Source: Candidatus Gottesmanbacteria bacterium (GTDB lineage: Bacteria; Patescibacteriota; Microgenomatia; UBA10105; UBA927). From it: a DNA stretch of 64,000 bases. Both the position numbers and the translations under genes were made by a program. Below, piece by piece: positions 10,121 through 19,973 of the stretch. Within the stretch, counting starts at the first letter, position 1; each line of letters starts with the position of its first letter. Location of the stretch: positions 6,725 to 70,724 of the forward strand of contig JACRMP010000005.1 in NCBI GenBank assembly GCA_016214885.1, given 5' to 3'. Under the pieces are notes generated by a model. The model had not been told where the DNA came from. It saw nothing but the letters and a program-made list of their open reading frames with translations, and did no database searches.

Positions 10121-11206
10121 ATGACTCCGTTTCTTCCACCATTACTTATAGCAGTACTTTTAACCGCGCTGGTAACACCCGTTGTGGCATACTTGGCCAG
10201 GCGCTGGGGTCTGGTCGATGACCCTAAGCATCGATACCATCCGGCTCACACCCACAAAGGCATTGTCCCGCGTGCAGGAGGCCTTGCAATACTTATCGGC
10301 ATCTCGGTTACCATTCTTCTTTCTATCCCGCTAACGCCACAGCTTCTCGGAATACTCATCGGTAGTGTGATGCTCACCATCATCGGACTCCTCGATGACA
10401 AAAAGGACGTAAGCCCGTATATACGCCTTGTAGTAAACGCTGCAGTAGCGATCCTTGTGGTGGCAACAGGAAGCACCATTCCGTTTATCACCAACCCTTT
10501 GACCGGAGGCATTCTCCCGCTCAATGCGCTAAGTATCCAGCTTTCTTTCGGGGATATGGTTATTTCCATAGGGCTTCCTCATATTCTTGCCATTATCTGG
10601 ATCGTCTGGACAATGAATATCATCGGTTGGTCTGCGGGAGTTGACGGACAGATGCCCGGCTATGTAGCGATCTCTGCATTTGTACTGGGATTACTATCCC
10701 TGCGATATAGCCTTCTTGATCCATCCCAGATATGGGTGACATTACTGGCATTCATCGTGGCGGGCGCATATCTGGGATTCCTACCATGGAACTTCTATCC
10801 GCAGCGCATCATGCCTGGCTACGGCGGCAAAACGCTTGCGGGATTTTATCTGGCACTGCTGGGCATTCTGTCTTTTGCCAAACTGGGTACAGCGCTTCTT
10901 GTCCTGGGAATTCCCATGCTGGATGCCGTGGCAACGCTGATACGGAGAATCGGCAACAAAAAATCGCCCGTGCTGGCCGACCGGGGACACCTCCACCACA
11001 AACTCCTGGATCTTGGCTGGACAAAACCCCGGATCGCCTTGTTTTACTGGGGTGTCTCGGCTATACTGGGGCTGGTCTCACTCACAGTCACGAGTACGCT
11101 AAAAGTATTTACCTTTATCGCTGTGGCTGTTGCGTTGACCATGTTTTTTGTATGGGTCAGCTACTTTACGCAATTCTCAAAGCAGCGCGACCACGACAGT
11201 GGCTGA
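10121..11206 (+). CDS. GT4 polyprenyl-phosphate N-acetylhexosamine-1-phosphate transferase (MraY/WecA family)
   Basis: LLDDKKD and GVDGQ motifs, and the ADRGHLHHKLLDLGW signature typical of WecA/TagO-type enzymes. About 10 TM helices. Confidence 0.8.
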   Translation: MTPFLPPLLIAVLLTALVTPVVAYLARRWGLVDDPKHRYHPAHTHKGIVPRAGGLAILIGISVTILLSIPLTPQLLGILIGSVMLTIIGLLDDKKDVSPYIRLVVNAAVAILVVATGSTIPFITNPLTGGILPLNALSIQLSFGDMVISIGLPHILAIIWIVWTMNIIGWSAGVDGQMPGYVAISAFVLGLLSLRYSLLDPSQIWVTLLAFIVAGAYLGFLPWNFYPQRIMPGYGGKTLAGFYLALLGILSFAKLGTALLVLGIPMLDAVATLIRRIGNKKSPVLADRGHLHHKLLDLGWTKPRIALFYWGVSAILGLVSLTVTSTLKVFTFIAVAVALTMFFVWVSYFTQFSKQRDHDSG

Positions 11207-12090
11207 AGAACGTAGCGCTGTTCACTACGATATTGTTTACGGGACAGCTATTTAATGGACCGCAATTTACGGCGGCATTTCTTGGGTTTATCGCATTTTG
11301 TTTCCTCGCGTCGTCCAACTATATCCTGAACGATGTTCTGGATGCCCCCGCAGACAGACGCCATCCGTTCAAAAAATTCAGACCGGTCGCCAGCGGCAAG
11401 TTACCCATCAAAACAGCACTTCTTGTTTCACTGCTTCTGCTTACCGCAGGGCTAAGTATTGCCAGCGCGGTGGGACAGACATTCTTTATATTTTCATTAG
11501 TCTTTATCCTGCTCCAGTATTCATACTCCATAGTGCTTAAACACATATCAGTAATAGACATTATTGCTATTACGATAGGCTACGTACTCCGGGTGTATGC
11601 GGGAGAAGCAGCCAGCGGGTATCATATCTCCATCTGGCTGGCTCTTGCCGCGCTGTCGCTTGCGTTATTTTTGGCTATCGGTAAACGGCGGGCGGAGCTC
11701 ACGCTGATACAAAGTTCAGGCGATGCGTCGCCGAAAGATACCAGAGCTGCGCTCTCCCACTATTCCGAAAAACTGCTGGATGCATATACTTCTATGTTCG
11801 CGACCAGCACGTTCATTTCCTATACCTATTTCACTTTTCTGGAACGACCGATTACCCAAGGGCTCATCTTCCGTAATTACAGTGACTTCGTCATCGGTAT
11901 TCCTGATAGGAAATGGATGATGTTAACGATACCCTTTGTGCTGTATGGCATTATGCGGTATATGCAACTTATTTATCATGGAAAAGGTGAATCACCGGAA
12001 CAGATACTAACAACTGATTTACCGCTCCTCTCTACCGTGGTAATCTGGGCGGGAGCTGCCTTCTTCATCATCTACGGCATCGGGGGCTAA
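11152..12090 (+). CDS. UbiA-family prenyl-phosphate phosphoribosyltransferase (decaprenyl-phosphate 5-phosphoribosyltransferase-like)
   Basis: LKAARPRQWLKNVALF N-terminus and NDVLDAPADRRHP (NDxxDxxxD) motif. The start was moved to an internal ATG at 11152. The ORF-track 5' extension (10732-11151) overlaps the GT4 gene in another frame and is rejected. Confidence 0.7.
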   Translation: MGQLLYAILKAARPRQWLKNVALFTTILFTGQLFNGPQFTAAFLGFIAFCFLASSNYILNDVLDAPADRRHPFKKFRPVASGKLPIKTALLVSLLLLTAGLSIASAVGQTFFIFSLVFILLQYSYSIVLKHISVIDIIAITIGYVLRVYAGEAASGYHISIWLALAALSLALFLAIGKRRAELTLIQSSGDASPKDTRAALSHYSEKLLDAYTSMFATSTFISYTYFTFLERPITQGLIFRNYSDFVIGIPDRKWMMLTIPFVLYGIMRYMQLIYHGKGESPEQILTTDLPLLSTVVIWAGAAFFIIYGIGG

Positions 12091-12101
12091 CAGGATTCTC
12101 T

Positions 12102-12629
12102 TCAGGAATTCCGGTCAGTGTGTTCACTGATAACCCGCACCAGCTGTGAATTATTCCAAATACTGTAGTTATACATAATCCCCGGTATATTACCCAGCAC
12201 ATGGGGGAAATAATACTTTACGGGCGGAAACACTGTTTCCATACTAAGCAGGTCTTCCTTACGCATCCAGGAAGCATCCCCCTCGTGATTCGACAATACA
12301 TGCTCCGGCCTCTTATCTAAAGTAGCCAGAAATCCGAACACAATAAAAAGCTCATTTCTATCAGTGTGGTGATGAATGGCAACAAATTTAAGCTGAATAC
12401 TTTCCGGCGTCAGGATAACACCTACTTCCTCCTTTGTCTCACGGATTGCTGCAGCTAGCGGATTTTCCCCTTCTTCTATATGTCCGCCGGGGAGTGCAAG
12501 CCAGCCGGGAAATACTTTTTTGGTTATACTCCGCTTAAACATGAGCGCTTCGTCCCCTGCAACAATACATACATCAACAGTAAATATGGGGGTAGCCACG
12601 TCCTGAAGATGCTTACTTTGCTCATTCAT
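12102..12629 (-). CDS. NUDIX hydrolase
   Basis: Nudix box GGHIEEGENPLAAAIRETKEEVG. Confidence 0.8.
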   Translation of the reverse strand: MNEQSKHLQDVATPIFTVDVCIVAGDEALMFKRSITKKVFPGWLALPGGHIEEGENPLAAAIRETKEEVGVILTPESIQLKFVAIHHHTDRNELFIVFGFLATLDKRPEHVLSNHEGDASWMRKEDLLSMETVFPPVKYYFPHVLGNIPGIMYNYSIWNNSQLVRVISEHTDRNS

Positions 12630-12664
12630 GAAACCAGTATATCAGAGGAGGAGTTTGGCCGCGG

Positions 12665-13546
12665 TTATTCTGTTTTGTCTGCGTACTGGGCAGAAATCCA
12701 CCCTTTGTTGGTTCCGTCATGGGATATTTGATACCACCCCGTCTGCTGGTTAAAGATATGGTACCGCTCACCGGGGTTTACACGGCCGGCTTCTGTTGCC
12801 GATGTGGAAGGCTCCATGCGCACCCGAAGGAACCCCGTCGGCGTATCTTTGATAGTTACATATGGCTTTTGCGGAGTAGCGGAGGAGGTGGCAGCCTCTC
12901 CGGCTTTTACCGATGGCGTCGGCGTCGTGGCGACACCGGCGGCCGGCGATGACTCGACTGGTTGTCCGCCTGCCGCAGAAAGCGCCAGTTTCATGCTGGC
13001 AATAAGCTTATAGCCGGTGGTAAGCTTAACCTTCATTGTCCGGGTAAGGAACCCGGGGGAGGTAACGGTAAGTGAGTGATCCCCCGCAGTAACATCGGAA
13101 ATGGTAAGCGGGGTAATCCCTTTCGTCACATCATCCAGAACCACCGAGGCGCCGTCAGGATTAGTTATGATACTTAGCTCCGGCTTACCAACTACGCTTT
13201 TTTCCAGCCACAACACATCTACAGCACTGGATAACTCTGAGTCCGAAAGCACAGCGTTTACAAAAGTAAGCAGATTGGGGCCTACAAATATTTTCGACTG
13301 CCAGGGCGCCACTTCATTTGTGGTGGAGTCGGCAACCAGACGGATCGTATATTCACCTGCCGGAACCTTTTCCCTAAGCGGCGTTCTTCCCAGGTGTTTG
13401 TTGTCCAAAAATACGCTCACATTAGGGCTGGCATCCACCCGAAGCTCACCTTCTTTCGGGGATCTTGTCACCAAAAGCTTAATAACACCACCAATAATAA
13501 GGAGAATGACGATAACAATGAGGAAAAAGCCGACTTTACGCTTCAT
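12665..13546 (-). CDS. membrane-anchored PEGA-domain protein with C-terminal SH3b-like domain
   Basis: N-terminal signal-anchor (KRKVGFFLIVIVILLIIGG) and PEGA-like segments (ITNPDGASVVLDD). The C-terminus (WYQISHDGTNKGWISAQY) resembles bacterial SH3. The ORF-track start is a TTG further upstream. Confidence 0.55.
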   Translation of the reverse strand: MKRKVGFFLIVIVILLIIGGVIKLLVTRSPKEGELRVDASPNVSVFLDNKHLGRTPLREKVPAGEYTIRLVADSTTNEVAPWQSKIFVGPNLLTFVNAVLSDSELSSAVDVLWLEKSVVGKPELSIITNPDGASVVLDDVTKGITPLTISDVTAGDHSLTVTSPGFLTRTMKVKLTTGYKLIASMKLALSAAGGQPVESSPAAGVATTPTPSVKAGEAATSSATPQKPYVTIKDTPTGFLRVRMEPSTSATEAGRVNPGERYHIFNQQTGWYQISHDGTNKGWISAQYADKTE

Positions 13547-13607
13547 AAATTGAGTTCGATCATACCACATAAGGCAAGTTTCAGGCAATGTTGAAAGTAT
13601 CCTATAA

Positions 13608-13636
13608 TTTGACTTTAGCCTCTTTTTACGCTATAA
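13608..13636 (+). promoter_or_regulatory. near-consensus sigma70-type promoter (TTGACT-17 nt-TATAAT) for the M23 peptidase gene
   Basis: Exact hexamers with 17-nt spacing read from the sequence. Followed by a leader hairpin and T-run (13650-13673) before the ATG at ~13684. Confidence 0.55.
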
Positions 13637-13683
13637 TACCGGGTATTAAACCACTCCTTCCGGGGTGGTTTTTTGATCCGTCT

Positions 13684-14352
13684 ATGAACCTAAAAACAGC
13701 CGTTATTTGGCTCACCCAGCCGTATTATGGCAGTAACCGGTTAAGCCGCCTGGTCCGAACTAAAATTGAAAAACGGCCGGTCGCGGAGCTTATCGGCATC
13801 CCGCTTATAGCACTGGCGTTTCTCACCGGAGTTGTCCTCCCCCAGACTGTTTCCGGATTTTCTACCGCCGAAGTGTATTTTGACACGCAGGTCACCACTA
13901 TCGATGCGGTAGTGGCTCCTTCCCGCTTCCGCTGGCCGCTTGCAACATTTGGCATCTCGCAGTATTTTACCGGCGGCCACCGCGGCCTTGATCTCACAAA
14001 CCCCGCAGGAACACCTATCTACCCGGTTACTGATGGTAAGGTAATATTTTCCGGCGCGGTATCCGGAGGATACGGTAAACATGTCATCGTTGCGCATGAC
14101 AATGGCATGACTTCAACGTACGCCCATATGTCGAGGCTTAACGCGGTCATGGGGCAAATTGTCACCAAAGACACCGAGCTGGGCACCGTGGGAGCAACCG
14201 GCTGGGCCACCGGAAACCACCTCCACCTTGAGGTGTACCAAAACGGAGTCGCCCTTAACCCTATGGAAATTCTGCCTGATATCAAAAAATACGAACCGCG
14301 GGATATCTCTCAGGCAACCGGAGAATCTTCGCTCCCGGGCTTTTCTCTATAA
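13684..14352 (+). CDS. M23-family (LytM-type) peptidoglycan metallo-endopeptidase
   Basis: HRGLDL, HMS and GNHLHLEV motifs. Start chosen at MNLKT downstream of the promoter/leader hairpin. Confidence 0.85.
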   Translation: MNLKTAVIWLTQPYYGSNRLSRLVRTKIEKRPVAELIGIPLIALAFLTGVVLPQTVSGFSTAEVYFDTQVTTIDAVVAPSRFRWPLATFGISQYFTGGHRGLDLTNPAGTPIYPVTDGKVIFSGAVSGGYGKHVIVAHDNGMTSTYAHMSRLNAVMGQIVTKDTELGTVGATGWATGNHLHLEVYQNGVALNPMEILPDIKKYEPRDISQATGESSLPGFSL

Positions 14353-14413
14353 CATCAACGTCGCAGTAAAACGCCGGCAAAGAACTCCGTTATCGGCTCA
14401 TTAATCACCGGAA

Positions 14414-15304
14414 TCAACTGCGGTACATGGAAGCTGCCCAAGCAGTGACCTCGCGGACAAAGATATCTTCTTTCCCGGTAAACCCGTGGTCCGCATCAGG
14501 CACGACAATACTTTTATAGCTGGTTGATGTTGCATGTGCATCAAATGCTTTTTGTATTTCCGAAACTGGCCGATCCGCATGTTCGTCGCTACCACCAAAC
14601 ACAACAAGCAAGGGAACTTTTATCCTCCCGAATGTCACAAGCGCCCCTTCTGTGTCGTGATAATTAAACACATCTTCCTCTGAACCGGCGCCGAGTAAAC
14701 TCATCCAACGTTTCGGGGTAAGCGGGAAAAAATCAAACCCCGTTAGCAGTTCGTCACCTTTACCCTCTTTAATTTTCTGCTCCATTACGGCGCGGTGTTT
14801 CTTGTTGGTTTCTTCGTCAGTTGCAGAATATCTGTCGGACATGGGACCGGAAAGCACCACCCCGGTAACCCTGGGGTCATCCACAGACCCTGCGTAATAG
14901 CACGCCTTGTTGGCCCCGGTGCTATTACCCGCCAAAATGACCTTTGGCAATCCTTTGGCTGCTAAAAATGACAACGCGGCATCGATATCTTTTACACAGT
15001 CGGGAAAATGCTCGACACCGGCGCCGATTGTTTCATATACCCAGCCTTTTGGCTTCATAGGATCCAGTTTGTGGGTGCAGGTTATATAGTCATGCCCGCG
15101 GGTATGAAACGCAGCAAAAGCAGTGCCGCTCTTTGCCAATTCTTCGGCGAACAAATTCATTTTTTGGACATTGCTATAAAAGGTACCCGTGAGTCCGTGA
15201 ATCCATAACAATACTTTGCCGTTAGGTTTTTCCGGTATGTGCAATAAACCCTGATGCATCAGGCCGTCTTGAGTAATAATCTCTTCTAGAGTAAATTGAA
15301 TCAT
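14414..15304 (-). CDS. alpha/beta-hydrolase fold protein
   Basis: GNSTG nucleophile-elbow-like motif and overall alpha/beta hydrolase pattern. Confidence 0.55.
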   Translation of the reverse strand: MIQFTLEEIITQDGLMHQGLLHIPEKPNGKVLLWIHGLTGTFYSNVQKMNLFAEELAKSGTAFAAFHTRGHDYITCTHKLDPMKPKGWVYETIGAGVEHFPDCVKDIDAALSFLAAKGLPKVILAGNSTGANKACYYAGSVDDPRVTGVVLSGPMSDRYSATDEETNKKHRAVMEQKIKEGKGDELLTGFDFFPLTPKRWMSLLGAGSEEDVFNYHDTEGALVTFGRIKVPLLVVFGGSDEHADRPVSEIQKAFDAHATSTSYKSIVVPDADHGFTGKEDIFVREVTAWAASMYRS

Positions 15305-15305
15305 A

Positions 15306-15806
15306 ATGGATATTTTGTATCATGCCGTAAGCGGAATTGCTATCGCCAAAAGCATACAATCACCTGATTTCGGAGGCGCAGCAATATCTGCGATACTTCC
15401 TGATATTGTGGGCATAATCCCCTTTTATGCCATCAAGTTTATGGAAGCCTCCCCCGCTCCCAAAACAACATTTATCAAAAAGTATACACATCTTCTGCTC
15501 TCCAATAAATTCGCCAACACATTTGACTCTACCGTCTACCGCGCAACCCATTCGTTATATGCAGCAGTCATGTTTGCTGCCGCGATGTACATATTTTTCC
15601 GTGAGCAGTGGGTGTTGTATTCAGTAAGCTACCTGTCCCATATCCTGATCGACATCCCCACCCATGAAGGAGACTTCGCGACCCGGATATTTTATCCGTC
15701 ATCTGATTTTCATTTCCGGGGATCTAATTGGTCGACTAACCCTAAGCGGTTTTTGTCCTTCTGGTTAGCCTTAGTGCTGATTATCCCGCTGTTGTGGCAA
15801 AGGTAG
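15306..15806 (+). CDS. putative membrane-bound metal-dependent hydrolase (YdjM/DUF457-like)
   Basis: Multi-TM 166-aa protein with His-rich motifs (HILIDIPTHEGD). Confidence 0.35.
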   Translation: MDILYHAVSGIAIAKSIQSPDFGGAAISAILPDIVGIIPFYAIKFMEASPAPKTTFIKKYTHLLLSNKFANTFDSTVYRATHSLYAAVMFAAAMYIFFREQWVLYSVSYLSHILIDIPTHEGDFATRIFYPSSDFHFRGSNWSTNPKRFLSFWLALVLIIPLLWQR

Positions 15807-16434
15807 AAATCCACATTTCGTGAGGCCGCTCGCTATTTCTGTCTTTCTGATCCCAGACCAACTGGTCAAACACTTTAAATCCCGCTTCTTCGAGGGAAGT
15901 CCTGACTTCTTCGCGCGTATAATAGGTAAAATACCGGGTATCGCCTTCTATCGTGCCGCTGGTTACCAGCTGATCCCCGGTTCCTTCTTTAAGAAGCAGG
16001 AATAATGTGCCGCCAGGCGTCAGCATATGCTGGAAATTCCGCAGCACCGGAAGCCCTTCTTCGCGGGTCAGATGCAGAAGCGATGCGCATGCCCAAATGC
16101 CATCGAACGAAGAATTAAGGGCAATGTTCCGTAGGTCCATTTTCAGAAAACGGGCGTTGGGGTGTGCGGTTTCTATGGCATACGCAAGAAGCGTTTCTGA
16201 TAAATCAATCCCTGTCACCACAAACCCTTTGGAAGCAAAATAATTAGCGTCCCTCCCTGAGCCGCACCCGGCGTCCAGTATTTTTCCTCCCGGTTTAACG
16301 AGAGAAATAAATTTCTCGCGTTCCGACTGCGGCGCGTACTTCTGGACTTTCAGGATATATTCCTTAGCGGTCTTGTTGTAAGTATCGATAGTAGTTTGGA
16401 TGAAATTATTCTTCATGACTAATCTTATTAGCAA
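15781..16434 (-). CDS. class I SAM-dependent methyltransferase
   Basis: Motif I ILDAGCGSGRD and downstream motifs. Small-molecule/UbiE-SmtA-like MTase rather than a DNA MTase. Confidence 0.8.
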   Translation of the reverse strand: MLIRLVMKNNFIQTTIDTYNKTAKEYILKVQKYAPQSEREKFISLVKPGGKILDAGCGSGRDANYFASKGFVVTGIDLSETLLAYAIETAHPNARFLKMDLRNIALNSSFDGIWACASLLHLTREEGLPVLRNFQHMLTPGGTLFLLLKEGTGDQLVTSGTIEGDTRYFTYYTREEVRTSLEEAGFKVFDQLVWDQKDRNSERPHEMWISTFATTAG

Positions 16435-16933
16435 CCTTTTTTTTAGACTTCAATATATAAGTTGCATCAACAACGCCATCTAGCTTCGCAATCACTGCCA
16501 TTAATGTTTGGTTTAACACTTCTTGATCGTTTTTATTTTCTTGCTTTATTTCCTCATATTCTATTCCAAAAGGGCGTCCAATTTTATCTATATCTCCTTC
16601 ATCAATTGAATAATTAAGCTCGTGACTACAATCATTCCTTACCGAATTCAGATTTTTAAGTGAATCAACTAATTTGCTTGGAATTGCTTCCATGGCTTCG
16701 AGAATAGATAGTTTCTCGCTGTAATACTTAAAGCTCTTAATCAAGATATAGCCTTTCGGAATTAGCATTGTTATTAATCTATCAAGATAATATTCGGCGA
16801 GCAGGTGACACTTTAGTATCTTAGTCACATCGTCGCCACAAGTTTGCATAACTTTTACGAATTTGTTGTATCCATCATCCTCAAGCATTTCTCGAGTAAT
16901 AACGTCTGTTTTATTTGATTTGCTATCGACCAT
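16406..16933 (-). CDS. hypothetical protein, AT-rich singleton with HEPN-like Rx4H motif (possible DUF4145/Abi-like)
   Basis: 175-aa ORF in a local GC trough (~35% vs ~50% flanks). Carries the motif NSVRNDCSHELNY. Its own RBS (GGAAAGGAAG) lies directly after the groEL terminator. Confidence 0.4.
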   Translation of the reverse strand: MVDSKSNKTDVITREMLEDDGYNKFVKVMQTCGDDVTKILKCHLLAEYYLDRLITMLIPKGYILIKSFKYYSEKLSILEAMEAIPSKLVDSLKNLNSVRNDCSHELNYSIDEGDIDKIGRPFGIEYEEIKQENKNDQEVLNQTLMAVIAKLDGVVDATYILKSKKKVANKISHEE

Positions 16934-16947
16934 AGCTTCCTTTCCTA

Positions 16948-16978
16948 CTCAAACCCCCGGTGTTTCCGGGGGTTTGAG
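16948..16978 (-). terminator. intrinsic terminator downstream of groEL (13-bp perfect stem CTCAAACCCCCGG/CCGGGGGTTTGAG, loop TGTTT)
   Basis: Perfect inverted repeat read directly in the sequence, 30 nt after the groEL stop. Confidence 0.7.
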
Positions 16979-17007
16979 TTAATACTTAGCAATTCATTTT
17001 ATTGGAT

Positions 17008-18672
<1,665 letters not shown>

Positions 18673-18689
18673 CTATAAATTATTAATAA

Positions 18690-19007
18690 TTATTCAACGA
18701 TTGCCAAAATATCTTTTTGTTCGACGATGGTCCACTCTTTACCGTCGACTTTAATCTCGTTGCCTCCCCATTTTTTGTACATGACTTTCTGACCTACCTT
18801 GACCACCATGGCGCCCTTACCACAGCTGCCGCCTTCGCAGTCACAGTCACAACTATCGGAGCCTGCTCCTACTGCCATAACCTCGCCCATTTGGGGTTTT
18901 TCTTTTGCGCTATCAGGCAAGATGATTCCTGAGGATAATTTCTGTTCTGCCTCCAACGGCTTGATGAGAACATTATCAAACAACGGTGTGATGGTTTGTT
19001 TTGCCAT
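18690..19007 (-). CDS. groES: co-chaperonin GroES (Cpn10) with a Cys-rich insertion in the roof hairpin
   Basis: Canonical GroES N- and C-terminal parts. The roof-loop region is replaced by GAGSDSCDCDCEGGSCGKGAM, which has 5 Cys. Confidence 0.95.
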   Translation of the reverse strand: MAKQTITPLFDNVLIKPLEAEQKLSSGIILPDSAKEKPQMGEVMAVGAGSDSCDCDCEGGSCGKGAMVVKVGQKVMYKKWGGNEIKVDGKEWTIVEQKDILAIVE

Positions 19008-19058
19008 AACTACCTCCTTTATAAATTTATTAATGCGACTACCGGTTTTTCTTAAATA

Positions 19059-19112
19059 CTAGCAGTCATTAGAAGTGAGTGCTATTTTATCGGTGATAAA
19101 AAAACTTGTCAA
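19059..19112 (-). promoter_or_regulatory. groESL promoter (TTGACA-17-TAAAAT) followed by a CIRCE-like inverted repeat (CTAGCAGTC-N9-GAGTGCTAT), the presumed HrcA operator
   Basis: Reverse strand reads cccccTTGACAagtttttttatcaccgaTAAAATagcactc-acttctaat-gactgctag. Matches the CIRCE consensus TTAGCACTC-N9-GAGTGCTAA with 3 mismatches. Confidence 0.65.
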
Positions 19113-19965
19113 GGGGGATGTGCAGGCGTTTGAGGCGGAGAGCGAACTTTTTTTTCACCCACACACGGGCGTCCTGTGGATGGAACCGTATCATACCGGC
19201 GGAAATTACTTCGTTAGTGCGCCGCGACTCCATGTATGTAAGCTGTATAGCTTTTGCCAGGTACTCCAACCCGCCTAACCACTGCCAAATCCAGCCATAT
19301 CTCTTTGCGTCAGGACGGATCATAATGCTCGTCTTAGCTCTCCACGCAGCAGGTAGAAAATCTTTCACCCATGTGTTGTGAAAGAGTAATCTACGGTAGG
19401 CTTGCCCCCGCTCCCACAACGGCACCATTTGCAGCACCTCGTGTGCACTAAACAGATCCTGTTCGTGTTTGGGGAGTGTTAAGGCATCTTCGGTCATAAA
19501 CATATTCAGACACACCTTATCGGCAACCTGGTGCTCTCCGGGGTGCCGGCGCACACCCGCCGCTTCTGCGAGAAGCGTTACGATAAGCCTGCTTATCCAT
19601 AATGCACCAGGAACAACGATAAAAAATAAATCGATGTCATCATGCTCCTCTGCATTATCCATGGCTAAGCCTCCCGTCACTCCGACAAGCAGTACGGTAG
19701 GAACATATCGGAATAATCGGGATATCTCCTTTGCACGTTTCCACTTGGTTACTGCAAACCGCTCACGGGATTTACGGAGTGTAATAATTTTTTTTCGTCC
19801 GGGAAGCGTTATATATGTGCCGTCACTTTCCACGCCGCGCATCCTCGACACATTACCTGACCTCCCCACAGCCCAGCGCATCACCTCCGCTTTGGTAAGG
19901 GGGTAATCAAACACATCGGCATACGCCACAGCAGCAATGAGACTATGCGTAGTGAGGCGCATCAT
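19087..19965 (-). CDS. hypothetical nucleotidyltransferase-fold protein
   Basis: GGLAMDNAEEHDDIDLFFIV, a GS/DxD minimal NTase motif. The 3' end overlaps the groES promoter. Confidence 0.45.
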   Translation of the reverse strand: MMRLTTHSLIAAVAYADVFDYPLTKAEVMRWAVGRSGNVSRMRGVESDGTYITLPGRKKIITLRKSRERFAVTKWKRAKEISRLFRYVPTVLLVGVTGGLAMDNAEEHDDIDLFFIVVPGALWISRLIVTLLAEAAGVRRHPGEHQVADKVCLNMFMTEDALTLPKHEQDLFSAHEVLQMVPLWERGQAYRRLLFHNTWVKDFLPAAWRAKTSIMIRPDAKRYGWIWQWLGGLEYLAKAIQLTYMESRRTNEVISAGMIRFHPQDARVWVKKKFALRLKRLHIPLDKFFYHR

Positions 19966-19973
19966 GGGTGCAT

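Noticed and set aside
10732-11151. 5' portion of the 452-aa ORF-track entry 10732..12090 as coding sequence
   Set aside because: It overlaps the well-supported GT4 (WecA/MraY-like) gene in a different frame and translates to a low-complexity Gly/Arg/Pro-rich peptide. The UbiA-family homology begins exactly at the internal ATG (11152, MGQLLYAILKAARPRQWLKN).
15781-16434. SAM-dependent methyltransferase plus neighbouring HEPN-like gene as a restriction-modification or DNA-modification defence pair
   Set aside because: The methyltransferase motifs (small-molecule class I, no DPPY/TRD-like region) and its ordinary GC content argue for a housekeeping small-molecule MTase. Only the upstream AT-rich gene looks foreign.
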